From a virus, in the UHGV virus genome UHGV-1376342: a stretch of DNA of 37,941 nucleotides; one strand, given 5' to 3'. The notes under the pieces were generated by a model. It was not told the origin of the DNA, made no database searches, and saw only the letters and a program-made list of their open reading frames with translations. Position 1 is the stretch's first letter; every line of letters begins with the position of its first letter. The translations under genes were made by a program, and so were the position numbers. This document shows positions 15,985 to 25,702 of the stretch, piece after piece.

Positions 15985-16719
15985 ATGGCAAACAACATGA
16001 CAATTGGCCTTCTGGCCACAGCTATCACAGATGAGAATAACACTATCGACATAGATGTTGTATATAACCAGTATTTTTCTAGTGCCCCATTTTACATAAC
16101 CGTCTCACCGGCGGACGAAGTGCCGACTGCCCTTAATTCAGAGATTATGGTCGTTAGGGCGCGCAATGGTAAGACACTAACTGTGAGCCGCGGACAGCGT
16201 GGGATTGTGGCTAAATCACACAAAAAGGGCGCTATGGTGTATCAAGGTGTCTACTACGAAAACCTTCTACATGTCGGTGATATTGTAATGACACTTAATT
16301 CAGTTCCTATGCCTGGCAGGTTACTGCTAAATGGCCAGGGCGGATATAGCAAGTGGGACTACCCGCTACTATATGAGCACATTAGGAATAACGCACGGTA
16401 CGGCACTATCTCAGGAGATACATTCACACTAGCTGACCTTCGTAGTAAGTTCCCACTGATTGCAGGGGGCTTTGATAGTGTAGGGACACAGGGCGGGAGT
16501 AACACTATACGGCTATCTCCACAAAATTACCAAACTAATACATGGATGAGCGACGTTATATCGCCATCTGGGCCGGTTCACAAGGCTGTAAATGAAGGAG
16601 TGGCGTTCGGCTTTCATGTACACGCTACGACAAGAACGGCAAACGATTCATCGAAAAACGTGCCACTAGAGTGGAGGCCAAGCTACGTCGCTATGAATTT
16701 TGAAATTGTAGCGGGGTAA
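15985..16719 (+). CDS. tail fibre protein with phage tail-collar domain
   Basis: Segment MPGRLLLNGQGGYSKWDYPLLYEHI...YGTISGDTFTLADLRSKFP matches Phage_tail_collar signature (L.c.G..l....Yp.Lf..ig..yG.gdg.tF.lPdlRg); SD ttaggagg. Confidence 0.6.
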   Translation: MANNMTIGLLATAITDENNTIDIDVVYNQYFSSAPFYITVSPADEVPTALNSEIMVVRARNGKTLTVSRGQRGIVAKSHKKGAMVYQGVYYENLLHVGDIVMTLNSVPMPGRLLLNGQGGYSKWDYPLLYEHIRNNARYGTISGDTFTLADLRSKFPLIAGGFDSVGTQGGSNTIRLSPQNYQTNTWMSDVISPSGPVHKAVNEGVAFGFHVHATTRTANDSSKNVPLEWRPSYVAMNFEIVAG

Positions 16720-16722
16720 GTT

Positions 16723-18084
16723 ATGCTCGTATCGATAAATCAAGTAGACTTGCCTACAGTATTTAAAAAAGAGGGTTGGCCCGACAACGACTATCTGTTA
16801 CCAGGCAGGGACGGGCTAGAAGCATATTCGTCTAAATTCTCAACACACTATGCATCTCTTGAGGAGATAAGAGGGCAGAGCGACGTAGAGCTGCTTGTAA
16901 AGGCTAAAATAGATACTCTTATAGGAAAGCAGGGGCTACTTATTATACGGGGCAATAAAGCCGGAGGAGAGGACTGTGGATACGTACTAGCTCTATGGAA
17001 GGCTCAAGCTGGCGGTATGTATATGAAGGTCGACGACTCTAAAAATGATTTTAACCAAGCTGTTCATGTCCCGTATCCAACAGAGTGGAATTGGTACAGG
17101 TTTAGCGTAAAAGGGTCAACTATCCGAGCTAAGTTTTGGCGTGATGGGTATGTAGAGCCGGCATGGCAGATAGTTATAAACGACACTAAATGGCCAACTG
17201 ATAGTAATGGTATATCTGGTATCGCCCACTTTAGCGGCGGTACTGTTACATATAATTATGTAGCAGCCTCGACAGACGAGAGGCCAGCGCCAAAACCCGG
17301 TGAATACGTTGATACATATGTAAACCCAAAGCCGGAGCCGGAGCTTGGCTATTGGGGTGCGCTTGGTTTACGACCGATTGGCCTCATCCAAATGCCAAAA
17401 AAGAAAAACACTAACTACGATATTGTAGGCGAAACAACAACAGTTAGAATAACATCTAGCTCACCGAGATTGTCTCACGAGTATTTTATTAGAGGGAATA
17501 AAGGGTTCCCGTGGGTCGCAATAGATATTGAAAAGGTTATATACAAAGAGCCGGGTAAACTTTATATTTTGCCCTCAACAGAGGTAGCGAGAGTTAAAAT
17601 AAGCCAGCCGACGCTGAATTATAAGTCACCGCCCAATACGAGAGTTGTTGGATCTACAACAACAGCTAGAATTACTACTAATCTTCCATCTATTACTTTC
17701 AGCTCAAAGCATGCCATCATAGGCGATCAGTCTATAGTTCGCGTAGAAGTGCCGCAACCTACTATCGTGTTTAAGGACGTTGAGCGGTACACCTTCTATG
17801 TAGACCCTGTTACGGCTCGCATACACTCTACGATGCCATCTGTCCGCTTTAAACGCGTGCAGATCAACCCTGACGTGTGGTCAACACCACAACAGCGTAT
17901 AGAGCAGGAGTGGCGCAAGTTACCCGTCTCCAGCGAGGCTACAGGCGCTTGGAGACAATACGAGTATGTTCGTAGCAATGACCAGGTTTGGCGCGACAGA
18001 CGGCGCGAGGACGCCTCACAATGGCGAAAACCGGTATCTACTACTAGAGATGAGCAAGAGTGGCGGCGTGTAGTGTATGATTAG
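16723..18084 (+). CDS. tail/receptor-binding-like protein with five degenerate ~28-aa tandem repeats and W/R-rich C-terminus
   Basis: 453 aa; repeats TTTVRITSSSPRLS / VARVKISQPTLNYKS / TTTARITTNLPSITF / SIVRVEVPQPTIVFK / VTARIHSTMPSVRFK; C-terminal EWR/QWR/VWR periodicity. Confidence 0.5.
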   Translation: MLVSINQVDLPTVFKKEGWPDNDYLLPGRDGLEAYSSKFSTHYASLEEIRGQSDVELLVKAKIDTLIGKQGLLIIRGNKAGGEDCGYVLALWKAQAGGMYMKVDDSKNDFNQAVHVPYPTEWNWYRFSVKGSTIRAKFWRDGYVEPAWQIVINDTKWPTDSNGISGIAHFSGGTVTYNYVAASTDERPAPKPGEYVDTYVNPKPEPELGYWGALGLRPIGLIQMPKKKNTNYDIVGETTTVRITSSSPRLSHEYFIRGNKGFPWVAIDIEKVIYKEPGKLYILPSTEVARVKISQPTLNYKSPPNTRVVGSTTTARITTNLPSITFSSKHAIIGDQSIVRVEVPQPTIVFKDVERYTFYVDPVTARIHSTMPSVRFKRVQINPDVWSTPQQRIEQEWRKLPVSSEATGAWRQYEYVRSNDQVWRDRRREDASQWRKPVSTTRDEQEWRRVVYD

Positions 18085-18102
18085 AGTAAAGGAGAATAAG
18101 AC

Positions 18103-18993
18103 ATGCTGACATTTTCGCAACTAAAACAGGACGTAATTAGCCTCATTAACGTCGATGAGGACAATATACAAGAGGTACGCAAGGCTGTCTCGGATATTAA
18201 CACCGGGATCAAGCTATTTCAAAACGCTGTGAGACGGTACTGGGTGCGCCAGGAGCGTGAGACTAACCTTATCCAGGGTAAATCACTGTATCGCTTCCCA
18301 AGGGATATGGTACGTGTTGTAGACGTACGTATTAAGGATGGTGACAGCTACTATCCTATTAGTCTCGTGCACAATATTGAGGATTGGCATAAACTCACGG
18401 GCGGACAATCTACCGGCAAACCTGAATGTTACATTATCAAGAACGGTACAGAGATGGAATTGTACCCAACGCCATCAGATGACGTGCCAAATGGCATGAT
18501 TGTGACGTTTGAACCTCGTATGCAGGACCTAGGGCTGGCAGATAGGGAGGCTAACGTGTCTCTGACAGAGAATAGCCCACGAGTTACGGCAGCACAGGAC
18601 AGTTTTGTGCGCAGTATGGAGAATAACGGGTGGCTACAGGTCACAGACGGCAGTGATGGCAACTGGTACAAGGTAGCTAAGGTTGTAAACGCCCGCGAGA
18701 TACGCCTTGAGACGCCATATCAGGGCCTCACAGCGACGACACGCGTCAAAATAGGTCAATGCCCACAATTCCCCGAAGAATACCACCAAGCGCCCGTATA
18801 TTATGCCGCGCAGCAATACTTTTTGATGCGTAAAGACCTAGACAGCGCCAATATGTACAAGCAACTGTTCGATAATATGGTGCAAGAGTACAAGACAGTC
18901 TACGGAATGACAACAACCTCTGGCTTTATCCAGGGGGGTAGTAGCATGATGGGGCGAGAACGGATCACTGATCCAGTAAGGAGTATTTGGTAA
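18103..18993 (+). CDS. virion structural protein (hypothetical)
   Basis: 296 aa, SD taaaggagaa; in tail/virion module. Confidence 0.5.
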   Translation: MLTFSQLKQDVISLINVDEDNIQEVRKAVSDINTGIKLFQNAVRRYWVRQERETNLIQGKSLYRFPRDMVRVVDVRIKDGDSYYPISLVHNIEDWHKLTGGQSTGKPECYIIKNGTEMELYPTPSDDVPNGMIVTFEPRMQDLGLADREANVSLTENSPRVTAAQDSFVRSMENNGWLQVTDGSDGNWYKVAKVVNAREIRLETPYQGLTATTRVKIGQCPQFPEEYHQAPVYYAAQQYFLMRKDLDSANMYKQLFDNMVQEYKTVYGMTTTSGFIQGGSSMMGRERITDPVRSIW

Positions 18994-20993
18994 TGGCAGC
19001 AGGCAACACAGGCGACACAATCATCAGCCAAACGTCGTTTTATGGCGGTTTTGGCACAGATGGTAAGATTGGTATCAAGAATAGTTACGGTGATTCAGAG
19101 TGTTTGGACGGGCGTAAGAACCCGAGCCGGCTCTCTGTGCTACCGGGGGCTCGCAATCTAGGCGACGGGGATATACGCGGCTTGATTGTAAATATGACGC
19201 AAACCCCAGACGGTGTGAGGTGGGGGATTGACAGGTTTGGCACACTATACAGGGTTGACGTAAACAACGACGTTACGGTTGCAGCTTTTCTCCCAGGCTG
19301 GACGGATGGAACTTTTGGAGACCTCACCTACTGGAGATTAAAGGATGCTATCTACATTACTGGGAATGACCGTATCTACGCGTACACTAACGCCACGTCA
19401 CCAAATCAATCTTTTATTGATACTATTACCGGTAAGGCCAGTTCGTATCCTACAGTAGCTCAGATCCTCGTAAAAGACCGTGACGGCAAGTGGATCGGTG
19501 GCGGTACAAACCGGTGGAGTAGTATCAACGGCCAAGCTCAGAGCGACGGGCTGCCTACCTCTATTATCGAGAATGAGGAGAATACCTGCATTTTTCTACC
19601 AGACCAATCGCCTATGACGCGTATCTCTGTGCGATTCCATGCTAAGGGCAGTGGGCAAGTGCACCTTGTCGTGCATGATGCTCAGAACAAAGAGATTGCT
19701 CACGCTACTAAAAATGCCAGTGAGGTACAGACGGGACAAATCACTTACTTCGACTTCCCAGAGACTAAGGTTGGTGACTACGCTAACTTCGGTACGGAGT
19801 ACCATATCCACATGTATGCTAGCGACGGCAACTGGCGTGTAGAAACATATGAACAGGATAAGATGTACGGCCTACACTTCCAGTACTTCGCCTCGCTGCT
19901 TACCAGTACGACACGTAAGAGCCACCCAATCATCAACTGGGGCGGCAGCAAGCTGTTTATTGGCAACGATCAGTACCTAGTCGACTGGCTTCCTTCTGGA
20001 CTAACACAGGTAGACGAGACCGAGTTTAACCGCCACCGTGTGATTGTAGAGAACGGCATGGAGGTGACAACGCTCACTAGTAACGACGAGTATGTCGTAT
20101 TAGGTTGCGAGAAGGTGAGCACAGTACCAGGTCGCTCCTTCCAAGAGGGGATGCTCGGCTTTTGGGATGGGTTTGCAGACGGGCTGAACTTTAAGATTGA
20201 TACGCCAATGGGTGAGCCAAAGAGCCTATTCACTTACCAGAACATTACTTACACGATCATCGACGGTGCTATGTACGCATACACAGGGGCTAAACAGCTC
20301 ACCAAAGTGCGTACGCTCAATGATAGCCATAGCGAGTACTCAGAGCGACGAGACACGACTGATATTTATCCGCACTGTATGACAGTGAGACGCGGCATCA
20401 TGCTGTTTGCCTTCCCAAGTAAAACCAGTCTCTATACGATGAGGCACGGTATCTATTCATGGGGTGCAGTAGACAAGAACTACCCAGAGTCATTCTACTA
20501 CTCGTACAATATGCCAGAGGTAAGCGGGAACTATAATACCTCTGACGTGACATATGAGCTTGGTGGGTGTTGGAACTTTGGAGACACGTTATACTTTAGC
20601 TACCAGATACAAACAAGGAACGGTACACGTTACGATCTAGCTGTTGTAGACAATAACAGTAGGCCAGCTAAAAAGTTTAGCTACCAGTCACTCATGTATG
20701 ATGGCGGTGTGCCGTGGGCAGATAAGCAAGCTCTCCGTATGGGTGTAACGTTCCGTGCATTACCTAAAGGTGCTACGATCATTCCTAAGTATAAGATTGA
20801 CGCCAAGCCATGGGTATATGGCAAGAAAACAGCCACAGAGGGCGACGTAAGCGTCCGTATGGAGATAAACAAACGATTTAAGGAGATTACCTTTGGCTTT
20901 GATGGGACGACCACAGACGCCACGCCAGAGCCTCCCACGATCGTATCTGTACAACTTAATGCCCGAACACTCGGGGAGGAGATGAAACTGTAA
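18993..20993 (+). CDS. large virion structural protein (hypothetical)
   Basis: ATG 18993 overlapping upstream stop (TAATG), SD aaggag 12 nt upstream; track start 18987 is TTG. Confidence 0.5.
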   Translation: MAAGNTGDTIISQTSFYGGFGTDGKIGIKNSYGDSECLDGRKNPSRLSVLPGARNLGDGDIRGLIVNMTQTPDGVRWGIDRFGTLYRVDVNNDVTVAAFLPGWTDGTFGDLTYWRLKDAIYITGNDRIYAYTNATSPNQSFIDTITGKASSYPTVAQILVKDRDGKWIGGGTNRWSSINGQAQSDGLPTSIIENEENTCIFLPDQSPMTRISVRFHAKGSGQVHLVVHDAQNKEIAHATKNASEVQTGQITYFDFPETKVGDYANFGTEYHIHMYASDGNWRVETYEQDKMYGLHFQYFASLLTSTTRKSHPIINWGGSKLFIGNDQYLVDWLPSGLTQVDETEFNRHRVIVENGMEVTTLTSNDEYVVLGCEKVSTVPGRSFQEGMLGFWDGFADGLNFKIDTPMGEPKSLFTYQNITYTIIDGAMYAYTGAKQLTKVRTLNDSHSEYSERRDTTDIYPHCMTVRRGIMLFAFPSKTSLYTMRHGIYSWGAVDKNYPESFYYSYNMPEVSGNYNTSDVTYELGGCWNFGDTLYFSYQIQTRNGTRYDLAVVDNNSRPAKKFSYQSLMYDGGVPWADKQALRMGVTFRALPKGATIIPKYKIDAKPWVYGKKTATEGDVSVRMEINKRFKEITFGFDGTTTDATPEPPTIVSVQLNARTLGEEMKL

Positions 20994-21253
20994 TGGCAGA
21001 CTCAGTCTACAACCCTAATACGGCTAGCCTTGAAACCTCATTTTCTCAGATTAAAGAGACAAAACTCACTACCAAGTTTGAGGAGATAGAGAATACTGTA
21101 GTGGGGAATATAGCGCAGCAGCAGCAGATTACACCACGCCAGGTGCGCACAGGAGAGACACGGGGTGACACGCAGCTCCGTGGGCTCATCAAGGCAGAGG
21201 ATCGATCAGGCCGCATTGTGGCTATGTTTGGGTATTCACAAGGAGCTTTCTAA
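20993..21253 (+). CDS. hypothetical virion protein (86 aa)
   Basis: TAATG overlap with upstream gene. Confidence 0.45.
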   Translation: MADSVYNPNTASLETSFSQIKETKLTTKFEEIENTVVGNIAQQQQITPRQVRTGETRGDTQLRGLIKAEDRSGRIVAMFGYSQGAF

Positions 21254-22158
21254 TGGCTCGAGTAGAGCGTAGAGATTACGGCGTAAAGATTGCTATGCCT
21301 GGGTTTGACGCACAGACAGCACCAGACAACAAGCTACTCTTTAACTCGTCATTCCCTATATTGCAGGCAAAGATACTAGCCCCACTCGGTATAGACGCTA
21401 GGCAGCCGCTGCCAGGTGGGCTACAAACTGCTAACTACGGCGGTGAATTGCTCGAGGCGCGTAACACCGGGGTTTCTACAATCTACTATTTCAGATGGAG
21501 GCATAACCTCGGCTATGTACCATTTGTTATGGCTATGAACCCTACATTTTACGACCAGCCAGGTGTGTGGACGGCAGACAGGGAGTATATATACTACAAA
21601 AACGCTATTCCACCCTACTATAACGGTACAGACGGGTCACGCTCAGATTTGAATATGGTGTTTGTGAGCCCTACCCCTATAGCAGAGGAGGTGGAGTATC
21701 CATACACCGCCTCACCTCTATCGTTTGATTACGGCACACCTCTACGCGACTATGGCATCAAAACATCACGCTACGGCGCTATAAAAAAGGGAGAAACCTC
21801 TGACTTTAACGACGTAGGTGTTGACGTACGGCTACAGTCGCAGATGGTGTTAGGTATCAAGAACAACAAGGATTTTGGCAACAAGGCAGGGCTTATTACA
21901 TACTGGCTACCCAGCTCTCTCGCTATGACAGATGTTACACCATATGCCTTTCAGGAATACACAGAGACAATAGCGGGAAAGCAGGTATCATCCTATGGGC
22001 TAGTGACCAACGCCGGTAATACACCACGTGTACAGATGAGCGAGGCAGAGAAAGCTTTTAAATTTACTTATGACACCCAAAACCCTAACGCTAACCGCTC
22101 TCTTGTCATTATCCGCTCACCAATGGTATCGCCGTCAAGTGCTACAATATACATATGA
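21253..22158 (+). CDS. virion protein, paralog of 22155 gene
   Basis: 301 aa; N-terminus RRDYGVKIAMPGFDAQTAPDNKLLFNSSFPIL parallels SRDYGLKVIDPVTKEEIFNSKYPIF of next gene. Confidence 0.5.
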   Translation: MARVERRDYGVKIAMPGFDAQTAPDNKLLFNSSFPILQAKILAPLGIDARQPLPGGLQTANYGGELLEARNTGVSTIYYFRWRHNLGYVPFVMAMNPTFYDQPGVWTADREYIYYKNAIPPYYNGTDGSRSDLNMVFVSPTPIAEEVEYPYTASPLSFDYGTPLRDYGIKTSRYGAIKKGETSDFNDVGVDVRLQSQMVLGIKNNKDFGNKAGLITYWLPSSLAMTDVTPYAFQEYTETIAGKQVSSYGLVTNAGNTPRVQMSEAEKAFKFTYDTQNPNANRSLVIIRSPMVSPSSATIYI

Positions 22159-22925
22159 CGAGAAACGCTCAAGGATACAGTAGTAGAGATTATGGGTTGA
22201 AAGTGATCGACCCTGTTACTAAAGAGGAGATATTCAACTCCAAGTATCCTATCTTTGGCTCAGATGTTACTAATAAGACGCCTCAGATTGTCTCTAGGCG
22301 TGTTGTGATCAACAATAGCACCCGTATATTTAGTGAGCCTAATAACCCTCAGATAAACTGGACGTATGCCTTCGGTTGGGATCGTATACCGATCACACAA
22401 TTTCAAGATTTTGATTTTGTACGTATACCGCATGGGCAGCCACGCAAACCATTCTTTATGAGTATGGGGCGCGCTCACATCGTACACCGTATGTACTGCC
22501 GATGGTTTAACGCAGATCAGAATTTTACGGTAGACTTTAACAACGTTATTACCCCTGGTGCGCCTGGGATCGGCTATTACACGTATGATATTCCGTTTAT
22601 GCTAACAGAAGGTAGCGCGCTATGGAACCCTTTATCATATGGGGCGTTTGACTTTGTCCTTCCTTTGCCTAACAACCCGGTATCGCCTTCTATCTGGCTA
22701 CGTAATATGTACACACGCTCTAAAAAGCTTGAGATATTCGCCGACAACACCTACATATACGTACGCGGCTCTCTAGGCTCATGGCTACAACACCGTTCAG
22801 AGCGCTTGCCAGGTGGTGGATACCACCAATTTGCTAAGACATGGGTAGATTTGAGCGGCTCATGGTTTGATTTTACGTTTTATATATTCCCATATAACCC
22901 TAATGAAGACATATTTGTGAGGTAG
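22155..22925 (+). CDS. virion protein, paralog of 21253 gene
   Basis: 256 aa; ATGA overlap with upstream gene; shared N-terminal motif. Confidence 0.5.
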   Translation: MTRNAQGYSSRDYGLKVIDPVTKEEIFNSKYPIFGSDVTNKTPQIVSRRVVINNSTRIFSEPNNPQINWTYAFGWDRIPITQFQDFDFVRIPHGQPRKPFFMSMGRAHIVHRMYCRWFNADQNFTVDFNNVITPGAPGIGYYTYDIPFMLTEGSALWNPLSYGAFDFVLPLPNNPVSPSIWLRNMYTRSKKLEIFADNTYIYVRGSLGSWLQHRSERLPGGGYHQFAKTWVDLSGSWFDFTFYIFPYNPNEDIFVR

Positions 22926-22927
22926 AC

Positions 22928-23746
22928 ATGGATTTACAACAACGATTAGCAGACGCAACAAGATATAGGGACCAAACGCGTGAATCATGGCACCGTGCTC
23001 AGCGTGAAGCGGACGCGGCAAAGGCTTCCTACGACGCCGCAACGTCTACAATGCCGAACTTCGGCGATGAATTTGAGAAACGTCGCAAAGAATACCTGGA
23101 ATCTGACGAATTGCGCAACCTCAAGGCTGATGTAGACGCCTCCAAGGCTAACGTAGACCGCACAAAGACGATGATTGACAAGCTGCCTGAGTCTATTAGA
23201 CAGCAGTTTGGTGGTACAGCTATCACACAGGCTCAGCGAGACCTAGCTAAGCAGCAACAGCTACGAGGCCTCAGCCAACAGATGGCAGGGTACCAGGCTA
23301 CATACATGACGACCAACAATACGTACCAGAAACGCGTTGAGGACGCTTTCAGCCGCTCCATAGACGTGGCAAACAAGCATTATGACTCTATATGGGACGG
23401 CATCAGACGACGCTACAATGACTGGCAAACCTCGCTACAGAACGTGAAGGCATGGGACAAGATGACAACAGTTGCCAACCGTAATCTCTTGTCTGTCCAA
23501 TCTGCTATTGATACATACAGGTTTCAGCAGCGCCAGATGGCAGAGGAGAAGGCTCATATTTCCCGTATGAACGCTATAGACAACAGCTACATGTGGCGTG
23601 GTATTACGACTCAGCAGCGCCTTATCAACGAGCAGGCTGCTATCAATGAGCGTTACATGCGTGATGAGGCTAATAAACGGCTCGTCGTCCAGAATTACAT
23701 GGCTGGGAAAGGATCGTTCGGTGAATTGGAGCGCAAGTACTCGTAA
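22928..23746 (+). CDS. alpha-helical Q/N-rich virion (internal?) protein, paralog A
   Basis: 272 aa; contains NKLPESIRQQFGGTAITQAQR also present in 23801 product. Confidence 0.55.
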   Translation: MDLQQRLADATRYRDQTRESWHRAQREADAAKASYDAATSTMPNFGDEFEKRRKEYLESDELRNLKADVDASKANVDRTKTMIDKLPESIRQQFGGTAITQAQRDLAKQQQLRGLSQQMAGYQATYMTTNNTYQKRVEDAFSRSIDVANKHYDSIWDGIRRRYNDWQTSLQNVKAWDKMTTVANRNLLSVQSAIDTYRFQQRQMAEEKAHISRMNAIDNSYMWRGITTQQRLINEQAAINERYMRDEANKRLVVQNYMAGKGSFGELERKYS

Positions 23747-23800
23747 CACCAGGCTTATCTATGCCTAGCAGTGTTAAATTAGAGTAAAGGAGAATTAAAT

Positions 23801-24736
23801 ATGGACTTTGGAGCAAGAATAGCAGACGCGCAAGGTACAAAAAACGCCAGCAAAGCGGCTTTTAATAATTACCAAGCCCAAGCCGACCAGTCGAAGGCTA
23901 ACTATGACGCCCACCTACAAAACAGGCGGACGTATGGCGATATTTACGACCAAGCGCGCAACAAGTACATGAACACTGACGAGATAAACAAAGCTCGCGG
24001 TGTTTACACCACTGCTCGTGATGCAGTGAACCAAATCAATACCACCATCAATAAGCTACCAGAGAGCATCCGACAGCAGTATGGCGGCACAGGCCTTACA
24101 GAGGCTCAGAGGCAGCGTGCGTTGCAGGGCCAGCTTGGCAGTATGCAGAACACGCAGAACTACCTCAACACTAACTACCAAAATGCATCGACAGACTACA
24201 ACGAGCTTGTGAACCGTGCTATGAATGAGGTAAACAATGTTGCGGCCGGCAACTACAAGACACAAGAGGACACTACAAATATCCTCCAGGGAATCTGGAA
24301 CACATTACTTGGCCAGCGCAATAGCGCCTACAGCCAATACCAGCAGGATGAAAACGCTCTTGCTAATATCTACGGTGCACGGGATAACTGGGAACTTAAC
24401 CAGCAGAGAATGGCTCTTGAGCGATGGAAGGAACAACAGGCTAACGCACGACAAGCAGCAGCTAATGCCGCTAACTTTGGCCTTCAGAAGTACATGCTTG
24501 ACCGACAAGACGCCTCTAACGCATCAGCTCGTGCCTGGCAGGAGAAACTTGCAGCCGCTCAAAACGCAGCCCGTGCTGAAGCTAGCCGCCTCGGCCGTGT
24601 GCAAGCTGATCACAACCGTATTAACAACCATAACTACTTTGGCGACATTGGGAACAACCTCTCGCAAGGTTTCCGTAACGTAGCTAAATGGGGGCCGCTT
24701 GCGCTATTTGGCGGTGGTTCACTGTGGGGGAGATAG
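23801..24736 (+). CDS. alpha-helical Q/N-rich virion (internal?) protein, paralog B
   Basis: 311 aa; NKLPESIRQQYGGTGLTEAQR; SD taaaggagaa. Confidence 0.55.
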   Translation: MDFGARIADAQGTKNASKAAFNNYQAQADQSKANYDAHLQNRRTYGDIYDQARNKYMNTDEINKARGVYTTARDAVNQINTTINKLPESIRQQYGGTGLTEAQRQRALQGQLGSMQNTQNYLNTNYQNASTDYNELVNRAMNEVNNVAAGNYKTQEDTTNILQGIWNTLLGQRNSAYSQYQQDENALANIYGARDNWELNQQRMALERWKEQQANARQAAANAANFGLQKYMLDRQDASNASARAWQEKLAAAQNAARAEASRLGRVQADHNRINNHNYFGDIGNNLSQGFRNVAKWGPLALFGGGSLWGR

Positions 24737-24739
24737 AAA

Positions 24740-25702
24740 ATGTTTGATTGGTTATTTGGTAAGACAAAAGATCAAGCGCTGGCTAAATACCAAGACGCTG
24801 CTGATCAGCAACAGATCAACCAGAAGGTTAACGACTTTTACAAGGAGCAACTCAACGGTATCTATAACGATCCAGCTAATGCTGGGTTATTGGCAGATAT
24901 GCGTAAAACTACTCCTGGGTTCGATGACGCCTGGAAAAGCCAAATGTCTTCTCTAGATAGTAAGAGTGAACAATTGAAGGGGGCTGCAAATGACGCTAAC
25001 GCTGAACTTGAAAAGCAAAAGAAGAAGCAAAAGAACAATGTATTTGGTGACGGTCTTCTTGGTTCCTTTCTTAACCCTATTGCTCAAACAGTCGGTGCAG
25101 TAAGCGATCTAGCTACGGGCAATTACAAGGATCGCGATGTAGGCAGCGACCTGGCAGCTGCTGGTGAGACATTACTCACCGCACTACCTGGTATCGGCGC
25201 GGCAGCTAAGGCAGCTAAGCTTGGCAAGGTGGCTGAAGGCCTAGGGGCAGTGAATAAAGCTTTGTACACGATACCCGGCTCAGCTGCTACTGGCGCTGCT
25301 ATGGGTGGACTGGACAAGATCCGTACAGGTGAGACAGATGATGCGCTGAATGGTGCGCTACTTGGTGGCGTCATGGGAGGCGCTATACCGGGTGCTATGA
25401 AGGTTGGAGGCAACTTCCTTAAGAATAGGGGGGAGAAGGCGTTTATCCGCAACTCTATCGGTACTGGTGTTGACCCAAATGTTGCGCTAGAGACAATGCC
25501 CTCACGGGCGCTATACCAGGAAGGTTTGCGTAGCCTTATACCTAAGAGCGCGGTAGGCAAGCTAGCTCTCGGAGGCGGCGCTCTGTATGGCGGTTCTCAG
25601 CTTATGGCCGCTCTAAACCCACAACAGGGCGTACCTGATGAAGACGAGCAAGCTAACACACTAAATGAGCTATATAAACGACGACAAGGGGGTATGTTCT
25701 AA
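24740..25702 (+). CDS. Gly/Ala-rich protein with hydrophobic segments (putative internal/ejection protein)
   Basis: 320 aa; multiple G/A-rich hydrophobic stretches (LLTALPGIGAAAKAAKLG, LLGGVMGGAIPGAM, LALGGGALYGG). Confidence 0.5.
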   Translation: MFDWLFGKTKDQALAKYQDAADQQQINQKVNDFYKEQLNGIYNDPANAGLLADMRKTTPGFDDAWKSQMSSLDSKSEQLKGAANDANAELEKQKKKQKNNVFGDGLLGSFLNPIAQTVGAVSDLATGNYKDRDVGSDLAAAGETLLTALPGIGAAAKAAKLGKVAEGLGAVNKALYTIPGSAATGAAMGGLDKIRTGETDDALNGALLGGVMGGAIPGAMKVGGNFLKNRGEKAFIRNSIGTGVDPNVALETMPSRALYQEGLRSLIPKSAVGKLALGGGALYGGSQLMAALNPQQGVPDEDEQANTLNELYKRRQGGMF

